DNA from: Candidatus Bathyarchaeota archaeon
Lineage (GTDB): Archaea > Thermoproteota > Bathyarchaeia > 40CM-2-53-6 > RBG-13-38-9
Reading direction: 5' to 3'
Length of the DNA stretch: 64,000 nt
NCBI GenBank assembly: GCA_963807605.1
Contig: CAWECG010000004.1
Location: 192,001-256,000, forward strand
Positions 1 to 9,700 of this stretch are shown piece after piece; the first letter of the stretch is position 1; each line of letters begins with the position of its first letter. A program made the position numbers and the translations under genes. The notes beneath the pieces are model-generated. The model was not told the origin of the DNA. It saw only the letters and a list, made by a program, of their open reading frames with translations, and ran no database searches.

Positions 1-513
1 CGAGGGTTTGAGCCTGATAATATCTGCGGAATCGTAAATGGTCGTGTCCCCAGTTCCATTTCTCAACATTGGACAACATACACCCGCGTATTTGTTACTG
101 TTGTGCTTCTGCATGTTCGTCGATCGATGAGCGCTCATAATGAACGTTGTGGAACATTGTTAAACAACCTGCTGAAAACGAGCCCGCAACAGAATAAGGA
201 CCGAAGGCCTTCAGGAACCCGCGCTGCAACGGCCACAAATGAGAATACGGCGGCTTTGACTGCGACTGAAGCACAGACTGCTACCGCGTATCATCGACCG
301 TCTCAATCCAAGTGGGGTCGATGTTCCGATGAGGCGCTTGATTTGCCTCCCCTCCGTCATCTACACGCACAATTCAGGATCCTTGCGCAGGAGTGCTAGA
401 GAAAAAAATGGTTTGCTCTTCCTCATCAACTGTCTGAGTGCATTGTGCACGCTACAATATTCAAAAGGCTTATTCTTCTAGGGTACTAATGAGCTGAAAA
501 GGAGCCCTTCACA

Positions 514-1014
514 GTGTCGGTAGTAACAAAAGCGATACTTGTCACCGTATTAACTTCTGTGCTTGCGGTTCTTGCATACGGGTATATCAATCACATAAGA
601 GATCAGATATGGCCTCCGAAACCTCCTCTGCCTGTAGAGATTGTTGATCTGAAGATAAATGGCAAGAAAAAGAAGGCAAAAGCCGGCGATGATTCTTCAG
701 CAGAGATCACGTTCGACCTGAAGCATAATGATGGAGTCGGTCACAATGTGACGGTCATTTTTGATCTAGGAAATGAAGGTATTCGTCATGCGTCAATTGC
801 AACATCGCCAAAATACCCGCTTCCTCTGAATGGAACCATGTTCTACTACACGCGACCTATCTACGCTGCAGACTCGGTCCTAACTCAGAGAGTGTTGGCG
901 TTGACACATATCAAAGACCTAGCAAGTGCAACTGTCGTCATCAGGATCGCCTTATCCTTGGATGGAAAACAGAATCGTGGCGAACAAAGTGTCAAACTTC
1001 AAATCTCCAAGTGA
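514..1014 (+). CDS. Hypothetical membrane-anchored protein (N-terminal TM helix, Pro-rich linker, beta-rich ectodomain)
   Basis: 166-aa ORF with hydrophobic N-terminus (AILVTVLTSVLAVLAYGYI), a PPKPPLP linker and alternating beta-strand patterns. Confidence 0.6.
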   Translation: MSVVTKAILVTVLTSVLAVLAYGYINHIRDQIWPPKPPLPVEIVDLKINGKKKKAKAGDDSSAEITFDLKHNDGVGHNVTVIFDLGNEGIRHASIATSPKYPLPLNGTMFYYTRPIYAADSVLTQRVLALTHIKDLASATVVIRIALSLDGKQNRGEQSVKLQISK

Positions 1015-1085
1015 GGCTCACGCGTTGTGATGCACGTGCGTGTAACAATGGAATCGATCTATCAGGTGAGCTAGCTAGCGATTCT

Positions 1086-1319
1086 TTAGCATATGTCTTC
1101 CAGTGTTACGATTTCTCGGCAGTGACTGCAATAGAACCATCCGTGCTTTGGCACATGCTCGTAAGGAGTTTTATGTTTCGGACAGTAACGATAAGCGCTG
1201 TATTCGTAGATGATTGGTTTTCTTGTTGTAATGAAACCTTCTTCCTTCAAGAGAAGTAACGTCATGATGAACAAGACGACGAATGGCAGTAGAATGACAA
1301 CGTATTGCAGATTAAGCAT
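1086..1319 (-). CDS. Small membrane protein with C-terminal zinc-ribbon-like motif
   Basis: N-terminal TM helix followed by CPKH-x13-CSHC. Confidence 0.55.
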   Translation of the reverse strand: MLNLQYVVILLPFVVLFIMTLLLLKEEGFITTRKPIIYEYSAYRYCPKHKTPYEHVPKHGWFYCSHCREIVTLEDIC

Positions 1320-1851
1320 GGGTTAGGCTACTAGCCCACTTGCCCATTTAGTAACAGTGTTGTATGAAAATCATGAAGAGTCTGGAACTAGAAGCCTAGG
1401 TCTCGAGTAACGTTAAGAAAGAGACACGTATGTGCAAGGAACTTTTATCCGCACTTCTACCTCTATCCGTGAATCGTGGAAGTCCCTTCTACGATTGAAT
1501 GCCCTAGGATCTTCTGACCTATTTCTGAGCCGAAAATACGAGAATCCGAGATTCGATCATACTAACAAAAGGCTTTTGAAAGGTGGAATTCGGTCTGAAG
1601 TTTTATATGGAGGCATTTTAGGCTCGAAAGCCCAAGCCACAAATGGGTAAGGTCGAACAGGTTTGAACCCTGGAATCGACCAGAGAAAAGTCAGAAGATT
1701 TCAGTACTTGTATTTATGACGGCAGGGTGTGCAAGGTAGCAGAGCCAAGTTGGGGCTTCTATTGGTGCTTAGCATGTCCGCTTGCACTTGTGCAAGTGGC
1801 AACTCAGTCTAATGCCTTCAAGTCATCTTGAGTCTTGTTAACTCTGAGTCT

Positions 1852-2994
1852 TCATCGTTGCCGTCTTGCTCTTGCACTTCTTTGGAGATAAGTATTGCTC
1901 GATCTTCTTGATGGTTCTTGTATCGCTTCCCTGGTCTCGGCCAGCTTCTCAGCTATCACGCCCAGCGAAACCTTCTGCTGATCTATCGATATGGTCATCT
2001 TAGGCGAGAGGTAGCTGTTCTTGATCGATCCAAAACAACCCGGATACTTTGAGCCGTAGAAGGACTCCCATTTGAGATAGTCCTCCAGACTGAGATGGGC
2101 TTCGAAAAGCAGCAGGTTGTAGCGGCCTTCACTCACCCTATAGGCTAGGCTGACATGCGGATCCGAGTGGACATCTCTTATGAATTGTTCAGAAGGTTTG
2201 CGCATCTCTATCAGAGAGAAGACTAGCATGAAATCGGGGGGCACGAAGAATGATGGAAATCTGCATACGGGTCCAAGTATGATCTCTGCCTCTGTGAGTT
2301 TTCTGATTCTCTCGCTCACTGTTCTACGGTGGACACCCAACTCTTTAGCGAGAGAGTTCTCGTTGACTGATATGCCCTCGCCGTTGGTAAGGCGAGTTAG
2401 TATGTCTAGTGAGAGTTGATCAAGGGGGCATCCATTTATTTCCCGTATTCTCTTCTGTGAGAAGTACTCTCTGATGAGTTGAACTGGTGCGCTCGGTTCA
2501 TACTTCTCGATAAGAACGTTGGAGAGGTATACTGCAGTTGATGGGATTCGCTCACCTCTACCGGGTATCTTTCCATCTTTGACGAGGGCCTCTCTCCACG
2601 TATGATAGGACCACAGGCTCTCGTGAAGTTCGAATAGCATCATGTTATACTCCCCCTCACGAATGCGAAATGCCGCGAAAACGTTGGCGTCGTCGATCAG
2701 CCATCTTTTGACTTGTTCATTGTCGGGCAAGTCCGCGTAAACGGCAACGAGCAGCGGTCGTTCCTTGTACAACGCTAGAAATGGGGTGATTGGTCTATCA
2801 ATGACGCCGTGATCTGTGAGATCCCTGACTCGCTCACGGATGGTATTCCGGTGTCTCCTGAGGCGTTTAGCTAGGTGGCTGAGGTTTATGCTGAGGCCGT
2901 CACCGGCACATAGTTTGCTCAACAATTGTAGATTCAGTTCATCATGTAGCATAGTAGGTACTTCTAGGGAAAGACGTTTGTTGGACATAGCCAT
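1852..2994 (-). CDS. Transcriptional regulator made of two tandem Lrp/AsnC-like (wHTH + RAM-like) units
   Basis: Internal duplication: DELNLQLLSKL..SINLSHLAKRLRRHRNTIRERVRDL vs DQLSLDILTRL..SVNENSLAKELGVHRRTVSERIRKL, and EGEYNMMLFE vs EGRYNLLLFE. A GAGGAG SD lies upstream and the gene is divergent from the glutamate synthase operon. Confidence 0.7.
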   Translation of the reverse strand: MAMSNKRLSLEVPTMLHDELNLQLLSKLCAGDGLSINLSHLAKRLRRHRNTIRERVRDLTDHGVIDRPITPFLALYKERPLLVAVYADLPDNEQVKRWLIDDANVFAAFRIREGEYNMMLFELHESLWSYHTWREALVKDGKIPGRGERIPSTAVYLSNVLIEKYEPSAPVQLIREYFSQKRIREINGCPLDQLSLDILTRLTNGEGISVNENSLAKELGVHRRTVSERIRKLTEAEIILGPVCRFPSFFVPPDFMLVFSLIEMRKPSEQFIRDVHSDPHVSLAYRVSEGRYNLLLFEAHLSLEDYLKWESFYGSKYPGCFGSIKNSYLSPKMTISIDQQKVSLGVIAEKLAETREAIQEPSRRSSNTYLQRSARARRQR

Positions 2995-3138
2995 CTCCTC
3001 TTTGCTATTATATCATTTCTGCCATAAAAAGATACTTTAGAATATAATTATGATATATATCCTTGATCTTCACAGGTGTTCAGTCAGTAAGGTGCTGCAG
3101 CCATAAAGGACAAGCACTCATTCATCAGGTGGCAGGTT

Positions 3139-3582
3139 TTGAAGAGAATATACGCAATAGAAGACCACTGCATCGGTTGTCGACTCTGTGAGGTTCGATG
3201 CGTTACTCAGCACTCCAGATCGAAGGATATAGTGAAAGCCCACAGAAAAGAGACTCCTGAGCCAAGCCGGGTAAGAGTCCAAGAGCAGGGGCCTGTCTCA
3301 TTTGCTGTTCAATGCAGGCACTGTAAGGAGCCCGCCTGCGTCTACTCCTGCCTTACGGGCGCTATGAGTCGGGATCCATCCTCAGGTATTGTTACACATG
3401 ATAAAGACAAGTGCATCGGCTGCTGGACATGCGTGATGGTCTGCCCCGTGGGAGCAATAGTTCCGGACTTGAAGACGCACAAAGTGGCTTCCAAATGCGA
3501 TCTTTGCATTGGCGTCGAGATACCTGTCTGCGTTCAGAATTGTCCTAACAGGGCTCTGGTATTCCAAGAGGTAGCGCCATGA
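3139..3582 (+). CDS. 4Fe-4S dicluster ferredoxin-like electron-transfer protein (CooF/HydN/DmsB type)
   Basis: Motifs CIGCRLCEVRC, CRHCKEPACVYSC, CIGCWTCVMVCP and KCDLC..PVCVQNCP. Confidence 0.9.
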   Translation: MKRIYAIEDHCIGCRLCEVRCVTQHSRSKDIVKAHRKETPEPSRVRVQEQGPVSFAVQCRHCKEPACVYSCLTGAMSRDPSSGIVTHDKDKCIGCWTCVMVCPVGAIVPDLKTHKVASKCDLCIGVEIPVCVQNCPNRALVFQEVAP

Positions 3583-4856
3583 AATTCAAATACGTCATTA
3601 TAGGCGGTTCTGCCGGCGGCATTGGGGCGGTCGAAGCTATACGGGCAATCGACAAGACAGAGCCTATCGCAGTCATATCGGATGAACCTACACCTCAATA
3701 CTCCAAACCCATGATCTCCGAATACTTGGGAGAAGGAAAGAAACTGCCCGAGATAATCTACCGTCCGTTGAAGTTCTGGGAAGATAATTCCGTCAACATC
3801 ATAGGTGGAAAGAAGGTCGTCAAAATCGATGCTCCTTCCAGACAGGTCATCTTGGAAGACGAGGGCAGGATTGGTTTCGAGAAGCTTCTCATAGCCACCG
3901 GTGGAAAACCAATAATCCCCAAGACAGATGGGGCAGATAAGAAAGGAGTCTACACATTCACAAGCCTTACTGACGCTCAGATCTTGGAAGAGAAGCTGTC
4001 AGGTGCAGACAAAGTTGTTGTTGTAGGTGGAGGATTGATTGGAGTCAGTCTTACAGAGGCTCTGGTAAAACTCCGAAAGAATGTAACGGTAGTTGAGTTG
4101 AAGGATAGAATCCTCAGTCTAATCTTGGATTCCGAAGGATCTACCCTAATGACAGAGGTAGTAGAACAAGCAGGTGTCAAGATAATCACAGGGCATTATG
4201 TGGCAAAGATTCTTGGAAGAAAAGACTCCGACGCGCAGGTTGGGGGGGTCATTTTGGATGACGGGACCGAGTTGGCCTCCGATCTGGTGGTATTTGCTAT
4301 AGGGGTGACCCCGAGGGTCGAGATAATCAACCCAGACCAAATTAAGATCAATCGCGGAGTCGTCGTGGACCGATCTATGGCAACATCGGCTCCCGACATC
4401 TACTCTTGTGGAGATGCAGCTGAGGCCTACGACTTTACTTACGGAGATTCTAGGGTTCTTCCGTTATGGCCACTTGCATATGTAGGCGGCAGGGTTGCAG
4501 GCTCGAACATGGCCGGGCTGAAGGTCGAGTATCCGGGTGGGACCCAGATGAGCGCCCTGAACTACTTCGGCATCCCTGTAATCACAGTCGGAATTGTGAA
4601 CCCGCCATCTGGTGAGGAATATGAAATCCTCTCGAATATGCATCGAGAGAACAGAGTATACAGGAAGATTGTGTTACGGAACAATGTTGTAGTAGGAATG
4701 ATTCTGATCGGTAAAGTGGAGAATGCAGGCGTAATCTTCGATCTCTTGAAGAACAAAATTGATGTCAGCACGATGAAAGAGAAGATCATCTCCGAAGACT
4801 TCGGGCTGCTCCATCTTGACGAGTCCATCAGGCGTGAGATGCTCAGGAGGGAATGA
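3579..4856 (+). CDS. FAD-dependent NAD(P)H oxidoreductase (Pyr_redox_2; NirB N-terminal/rubredoxin reductase-like)
   Basis: IIGGSAGG FAD motif, LLIATGG, VVVGGGLIG NAD motif, DIYSCGD. Confidence 0.85.
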   Translation: MKFKYVIIGGSAGGIGAVEAIRAIDKTEPIAVISDEPTPQYSKPMISEYLGEGKKLPEIIYRPLKFWEDNSVNIIGGKKVVKIDAPSRQVILEDEGRIGFEKLLIATGGKPIIPKTDGADKKGVYTFTSLTDAQILEEKLSGADKVVVVGGGLIGVSLTEALVKLRKNVTVVELKDRILSLILDSEGSTLMTEVVEQAGVKIITGHYVAKILGRKDSDAQVGGVILDDGTELASDLVVFAIGVTPRVEIINPDQIKINRGVVVDRSMATSAPDIYSCGDAAEAYDFTYGDSRVLPLWPLAYVGGRVAGSNMAGLKVEYPGGTQMSALNYFGIPVITVGIVNPPSGEEYEILSNMHRENRVYRKIVLRNNVVVGMILIGKVENAGVIFDLLKNKIDVSTMKEKIISEDFGLLHLDESIRREMLRRE

Positions 4857-4857
4857 G

Positions 4858-5988
4858 ATGAGCATCTGGGAGCATAACAACCCATACAACGATCCCAAAG
4901 TCGTAGATGCTTGCAGCCTATTTGGAATGATGGATCTATCAGGGCAGCGTTTCGGATCAAAGGACCCAGTGAAGGCTATTGCCAACATGCATGACCGAGG
5001 CAACGGGTTGGGAGGAGGGTTCGCAGTATACGGGTTATATCCAAAATTCGAGGATGATTATGCGCTTCATATAATGTACTTGGATTCAGAGACAAAGAAG
5101 ATTGTCGAAGCCCAACTAGAGAGATGGTTTGACCTTATCAAGAGCGAAGAGGTCCCATCAAGAGAGGCGAATGTTCGCGACCCGCCAATAATATGGAGAT
5201 ACTTCGTACAACCAAAGCACATCCGCATCCTACAGCCACCAGACGATTACATCGTAGAGAAAGTGATGAAGATCAACACTGAGACGGGAAAGGCGTTCGT
5301 CTTCTCAAGCGGGAAGAATATGGCGGTCTTCAAAGGCGTTGGATATCCCGAAGATGTCGCAGACTTCTTCATGCTCGAAGAATACCAAGGATACCTGTGG
5401 ACATGTCACGGGAGATTTCCCACAAACACCCCTGGATGGTGGGGAGGAGCCCACCCCTTCAACATTCTGGACTGGACTGTCGTGCATAACGGTGAGATAT
5501 CGTCCTACGACGCCAACAGAAGATATCTTGAGATGTTCGGGTATGACTGCAGAATGCAGACAGACACAGAGGTTCTAGCTTACGCCTTCGACTTACTCAT
5601 GAGGAAACAACACCTGCCAATCGAAGTTGCTGCAAAGATACTTGCCCCACACCTCTGGAGCGAGATTGACAGAATGGACCCGAAAGAGCGAAGACTCCAT
5701 ACGGCCCTACGTCAGACCTACGCCGCCCTACTGATGAACGGGCCCTTCTCAATAGTGGTCGCAAGACATGGGGAGATGATGGGTTTGACAGACAGAATAA
5801 AACTGAGGCCGTTAGTTGCCGCCAGGAAAGGCAGTAGGCTCTATCTATCGTCCGAGGAGTCTGCTGTCAGACTTGTCTCTCCAGTTTTGGACAAGTGCTG
5901 GGCACCGAGAGGGGGGGAGCCAGTGGTAGGCAGGCTGGGATCAACTGATATTGAGGGAGCTCTTATCCCGGAGGTCACTGTATGCTGA
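4858..5988 (+). CDS. gltB1: Glutamate synthase, glutamine amidotransferase subunit (class II GATase, GltB1)
   Basis: DACSLFG (Ntn Cys after a short propeptide), DRGNGLGGG, HGRFPTNT, AHPF, VHNGEISSY, TDTEV, NGPFS. Start placed at ATG 4858. Confidence 0.88.
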   Translation: MSIWEHNNPYNDPKVVDACSLFGMMDLSGQRFGSKDPVKAIANMHDRGNGLGGGFAVYGLYPKFEDDYALHIMYLDSETKKIVEAQLERWFDLIKSEEVPSREANVRDPPIIWRYFVQPKHIRILQPPDDYIVEKVMKINTETGKAFVFSSGKNMAVFKGVGYPEDVADFFMLEEYQGYLWTCHGRFPTNTPGWWGGAHPFNILDWTVVHNGEISSYDANRRYLEMFGYDCRMQTDTEVLAYAFDLLMRKQHLPIEVAAKILAPHLWSEIDRMDPKERRLHTALRQTYAALLMNGPFSIVVARHGEMMGLTDRIKLRPLVAARKGSRLYLSSEESAVRLVSPVLDKCWAPRGGEPVVGRLGSTDIEGALIPEVTVC

Positions 5989-7496
5989 AGAGCTATCTCT
6001 ATCCCGAATATTACGTTGACCGAGACCAAAACAGATGTATCCGCTGCAAAGTCTGTGTTAGGCAATGCACCTACGAGACACACAGCTACGACGCTGAAGA
6101 AGACGTCATCGTTAGCGATAACGAGAAATGCGTCAACTGCCAGAGGTGCGTCGTCTTCTGTCCGACCCGCGCACTAACAATAAGAAAGAATCCAGTTGCT
6201 TATCGCGAGAACTATAACTGGACACAGGATGCGATATACGACTTAAAGAAACAGGCAGAGACCGGAGGCATAGTCCTCACAGGAATGGGATCCGGCAAAC
6301 CAAACTACACCTACTTCGACCGGCTTCTACTCAACGCCAGCCAAGTGACTAACCCCTCAATAGACCCGCTTAGAGAGCCTATGGAACTCGTCACATACCT
6401 CGGCTCAAAGCCAGACAAGATTGAGCTTGACCAAAAACCTGACAGCGTAAGCTTGAAGACGAATCTCTCACCCCAACTGAGACTAGAAACACCGATATTG
6501 TTTTCCGCGATGTCCTACGGTGCTATCAGCTTCAACGTCCACGAAGCCCTAGCTAGGGCCGCAAGTGAATTTGGTACGTATTTCAATACTGGGGAAGGTG
6601 GACTTGACAGAAGACTCTACAAATACGGTAAAAACACGATAGTTCAAGTTGCATCAGGCAGGTTTGGCGTCCACAAGGACTACTTGGAGGTTGGAGCAGC
6701 CGTGGAAATAAAGATCGGCCAAGGCGCAAAACCCGGAATTGGCGGACACCTTCCAGGGGAAAAAGTCACAGCAGACATTTCAAGAACCAGGATGATCCCC
6801 GTTGGAACAGACGCCCTCTCACCTGCACCCCAACATGACATATACTCAATCGAGGACCTGTCGCAGCTCATCTACGCACTAAAGGAAGCTACAGACTACG
6901 AGAAACCAGTTTCGGTTAAGATAGCTGCTGTCCACAATGTCGCAGCGATTGCAAGCGGAATAGTCCGCGCAGGAGCAGATATCGTTGCCATAGACGGTGT
7001 CAGAGGCGCTACTGGAGCAGCACCAAAGGTGATCCGTGACAATGTTGGGATACCCATCGAGTTGGCAATTGCAGGTGTGGACCAGCGGCTCAGAAGCGAG
7101 GGAATCAGAAATAGGACCTCAATAATTGCAGCGGGCGGGATACGAAGCAGCGGTGACGTCGTGAAGATCTTGGCCTTGGGGGCGGACGCCGTCTACATAG
7201 CCACAGCGGCGTTGGTCTCCATGGGATGCACAGTATGCCAGAAATGCCACACAGGAAAGTGCCCATGGGGCATAGCAACAATGGATCCGTACATAGCCAA
7301 GAGGATCAACCCCGATATCGCCACGGAGAGACTCCTCAATCTTCTGACAAGCTGGAGCTTGGAGATCAAAGAGATGATGGGCGGGATGGGAATCAACGCT
7401 GTTGATAGTCTAAGAGGAAATAGGCTAGCCCTAAGAGGCGTCGGTTTGACAGAGGGAGAACTCAAAGTTCTTGGTGTCAGGTTGGCGGGTGACTAA
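5982..7496 (+). CDS. gltB2: Glutamate synthase FMN-binding subunit with N-terminal 2x4Fe-4S domain (GltB2)
   Basis: AMSYGA, NTGEGG, QVASGRFGV, EIKIGQGAKPGIGGHLPGEKV, CQKCHTGKCPWGIAT. Confidence 0.95.
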   Translation: MLKSYLYPEYYVDRDQNRCIRCKVCVRQCTYETHSYDAEEDVIVSDNEKCVNCQRCVVFCPTRALTIRKNPVAYRENYNWTQDAIYDLKKQAETGGIVLTGMGSGKPNYTYFDRLLLNASQVTNPSIDPLREPMELVTYLGSKPDKIELDQKPDSVSLKTNLSPQLRLETPILFSAMSYGAISFNVHEALARAASEFGTYFNTGEGGLDRRLYKYGKNTIVQVASGRFGVHKDYLEVGAAVEIKIGQGAKPGIGGHLPGEKVTADISRTRMIPVGTDALSPAPQHDIYSIEDLSQLIYALKEATDYEKPVSVKIAAVHNVAAIASGIVRAGADIVAIDGVRGATGAAPKVIRDNVGIPIELAIAGVDQRLRSEGIRNRTSIIAAGGIRSSGDVVKILALGADAVYIATAALVSMGCTVCQKCHTGKCPWGIATMDPYIAKRINPDIATERLLNLLTSWSLEIKEMMGGMGINAVDSLRGNRLALRGVGLTEGELKVLGVRLAGD

Positions 7497-8329
7497 TGAT
7501 CGAGGAAACGAAGATGCAGGTGCCGATGAGAACAGAACTCAACCCTGTAGATCTAGCGCGAATATGTGCGTTACCGCGATGCAGCATCACGAATGGAGTT
7601 GCGAGGCTAGATGCTGCAGGCCTACACTACAAGGACTTGAACAACAGACTTCGAGAAATCGCGAGAGCCAACCTTCGGACGATTGAACTTCACAATATCT
7701 ACGGTCAGAGGTACATCGGTACTTCCCTCAAGGGCAATTTTGAAATCTCTATATCGGGAACTCCCGGGAACGACCTTGGGGCATTCATGGACGGTCCTAG
7801 AATTCACGTCTATGGCAACGCCCAAGATGGATGCGGGAACACAATGAACAGCGGCGAGATCATAGTGCATGGGTCGGCAGGAGACATCCCTGGATACGCT
7901 ATGCGGGGCGGCAGACTCTTCATACAAGGCAACGTAGGATACAGAGCTGGAATTCACATGAAAGAGTACGGCGACCAGAGGCCCTCAATGGTAATAGGAG
8001 GTACCGCCGGTGACTTCTTGGCAGAGTACATGGCGGGCGGGATAATAGTCCTGTTGGGCTTAAATCTGGAAGAAGGTCAAGTTCATAGATCATTACATGT
8101 CGGGACTGGAATGCACGGTGGAAGGATCTATGTGCACGGGAAAGTGGCTGATCTCGGAAGAGAGGCTGTTGTGGAAGAGCTTACTGACGATGATCTCTCG
8201 ATCCTCCGTCCACTGGTAACCGATTTCAGCAAATACTTCGGCTACGATTCAAAAGCGCTATTGAGTCTTAAGTTCTCCAAGATATCGCCGAGTTCTGAGA
8301 GGCCGTATGGACGGCTCTACGCTTACTAG
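7496..8329 (+). CDS. gltB3: Glutamate synthase GXGXG beta-helix subunit (GltB3/FwdC-like)
   Basis: GQRYIG, GTPGNDLGAFM, GDFLAEYMAGG, GTGMHGG. Confidence 0.9.
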   Translation: MIEETKMQVPMRTELNPVDLARICALPRCSITNGVARLDAAGLHYKDLNNRLREIARANLRTIELHNIYGQRYIGTSLKGNFEISISGTPGNDLGAFMDGPRIHVYGNAQDGCGNTMNSGEIIVHGSAGDIPGYAMRGGRLFIQGNVGYRAGIHMKEYGDQRPSMVIGGTAGDFLAEYMAGGIIVLLGLNLEEGQVHRSLHVGTGMHGGRIYVHGKVADLGREAVVEELTDDDLSILRPLVTDFSKYFGYDSKALLSLKFSKISPSSERPYGRLYAY

Positions 8330-9351
8330 GGCATAATCATTAGCCTCAACGCAACCGCCCTTTTCAGTTCTCCTGATGCCCCAGCAATTGCGAGCCTGAT
8401 GTTTCGTATCTCAAGTAGCTTCATTACCATTCCCGAAGCAATTGTGGAGGCTCTGAAGGGGTATCCAGCGAGAGTCGAGTGAGCTTCACGTGACATCATG
8501 CAGTAGGAGAGTCCGTACTTCATGTCTTCTATTCCCCCTTCCGACTCTTCTTTAGCACAAGGTCCATAACGACTATTGGCTACCCAAATCATCAGTTGAT
8601 CGATATTTCTGGTTCTTAGGGCAACTTGGCGGAGGTTTTCTTCACTAAGCCAGCTGCTGAATATTTGAGGTTCTAATCGGCATAGCAAGCTTGTGATTAT
8701 TATCTCTAGGTTAGCTCCATCGATGGCTGAGGTGATCAGTCTTGTCAGCGAGGTTTGATCTTGAGAAGAGATTTCTGGAATGATATTCCAGAATCTCGTG
8801 GCGCAAAACGTGATTATTCTTAGTAACGGAGCCATACACTTGTAGCTTCTTGCTAGCTCCAGTGATTCCGAGATTACAGCGTCCAGACCGAGAGTCTGAA
8901 GAGTCCTGATTTGTTCTTCATTTGACAACTCCGATTGCTGGTAATATGTGGTGGGGAGGGCTCCTAGAGGCACAACGCCCGCGTCAGCAATTACATCTTC
9001 ACCGATCATTGTGGCCAATGAGTTGACAATGCTTTTCGATTCCAGTAGAAGCCTGTACTCTTGAAGAAGGGTCTTTGCATTGTCTGGACATGACGCAATG
9101 AGGGTGTCCAAAGTCTTAGAAATCGTCGATGTCAGAGACTCCTTCAACGTTGTGAAGCTGCTGTTTTCAGTCTTCTGAAGAAGCTCGCCGTAGGGCGTCT
9201 TCTTCAGAACGTGAATCAGATCACTGGGTCGTGTGCAGCCTAAGATGGCTTCGTAGTCATGGAGTTTTAGCAGATTTCCTATTTGGCCTCTAACTAACGC
9301 ATTGACGTATTCGTAATTGCCTGTAGGCCTTAAGATATCCAAGTTGTCCAC
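8326..9351 (-). CDS. Divergent A/V-type ATPase subunit C paralogue
   Basis: N-terminal YEYVNALVRGQIGNLL..YEAIL...LKKTPY; IDGANL; C-terminal GYPF...LEIRNIR. Confidence 0.7.
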   Translation of the reverse strand: MDNLDILRPTGNYEYVNALVRGQIGNLLKLHDYEAILGCTRPSDLIHVLKKTPYGELLQKTENSSFTTLKESLTSTISKTLDTLIASCPDNAKTLLQEYRLLLESKSIVNSLATMIGEDVIADAGVVPLGALPTTYYQQSELSNEEQIRTLQTLGLDAVISESLELARSYKCMAPLLRIITFCATRFWNIIPEISSQDQTSLTRLITSAIDGANLEIIITSLLCRLEPQIFSSWLSEENLRQVALRTRNIDQLMIWVANSRYGPCAKEESEGGIEDMKYGLSYCMMSREAHSTLAGYPFRASTIASGMVMKLLEIRNIRLAIAGASGELKRAVALRLMIMP

Positions 9352-9566
9352 ATCTTCTTTTTTCCCGACATAAGTCCAGAGAGTCTCAGCATATCGATCC
9401 AGACGAGAAAAGTTCCGAGGAGTGTGCCGGCAAGGGCACCAAGGATTTCATGATGATATTGTCTCCCAATGACGTAGCCGGCGAAAGCCATTATTGGTAT
9501 TGTTGCTGTTACTCCCAGATACCAAAAAGCCTTGCTCGTTTCTGGTCGTTGACTCACTCCAAGCAT
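9330..9566 (-). CDS. AtpZ/AtpI (ATPase gene-1)-like two-TM membrane protein
   Basis: Two TM helices with pattern P-x4-AGY-x-IGR...LAGTLLG; overlaps the subunit C paralogue. Confidence 0.6.
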   Translation of the reverse strand: MLGVSQRPETSKAFWYLGVTATIPIMAFAGYVIGRQYHHEILGALAGTLLGTFLVWIDMLRLSGLMSGKKKMWTTWIS

Positions 9567-9700
9567 CCATCCAACTATCTGCTAAGACATCTTTGGGCGC
9601 GGTCGACTATTTGCTTTTCGTAAGCGCTAGCAGTTCAATATGGCGCTAAGATTTGGGGAAAGGTCAACGTGGAAACTTGTATGTTAGCATGGAAATAGGG

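Noticed and set aside
103-399. 98-aa ORF at the window start
   Set aside because: No motif or SD; cannot be supported
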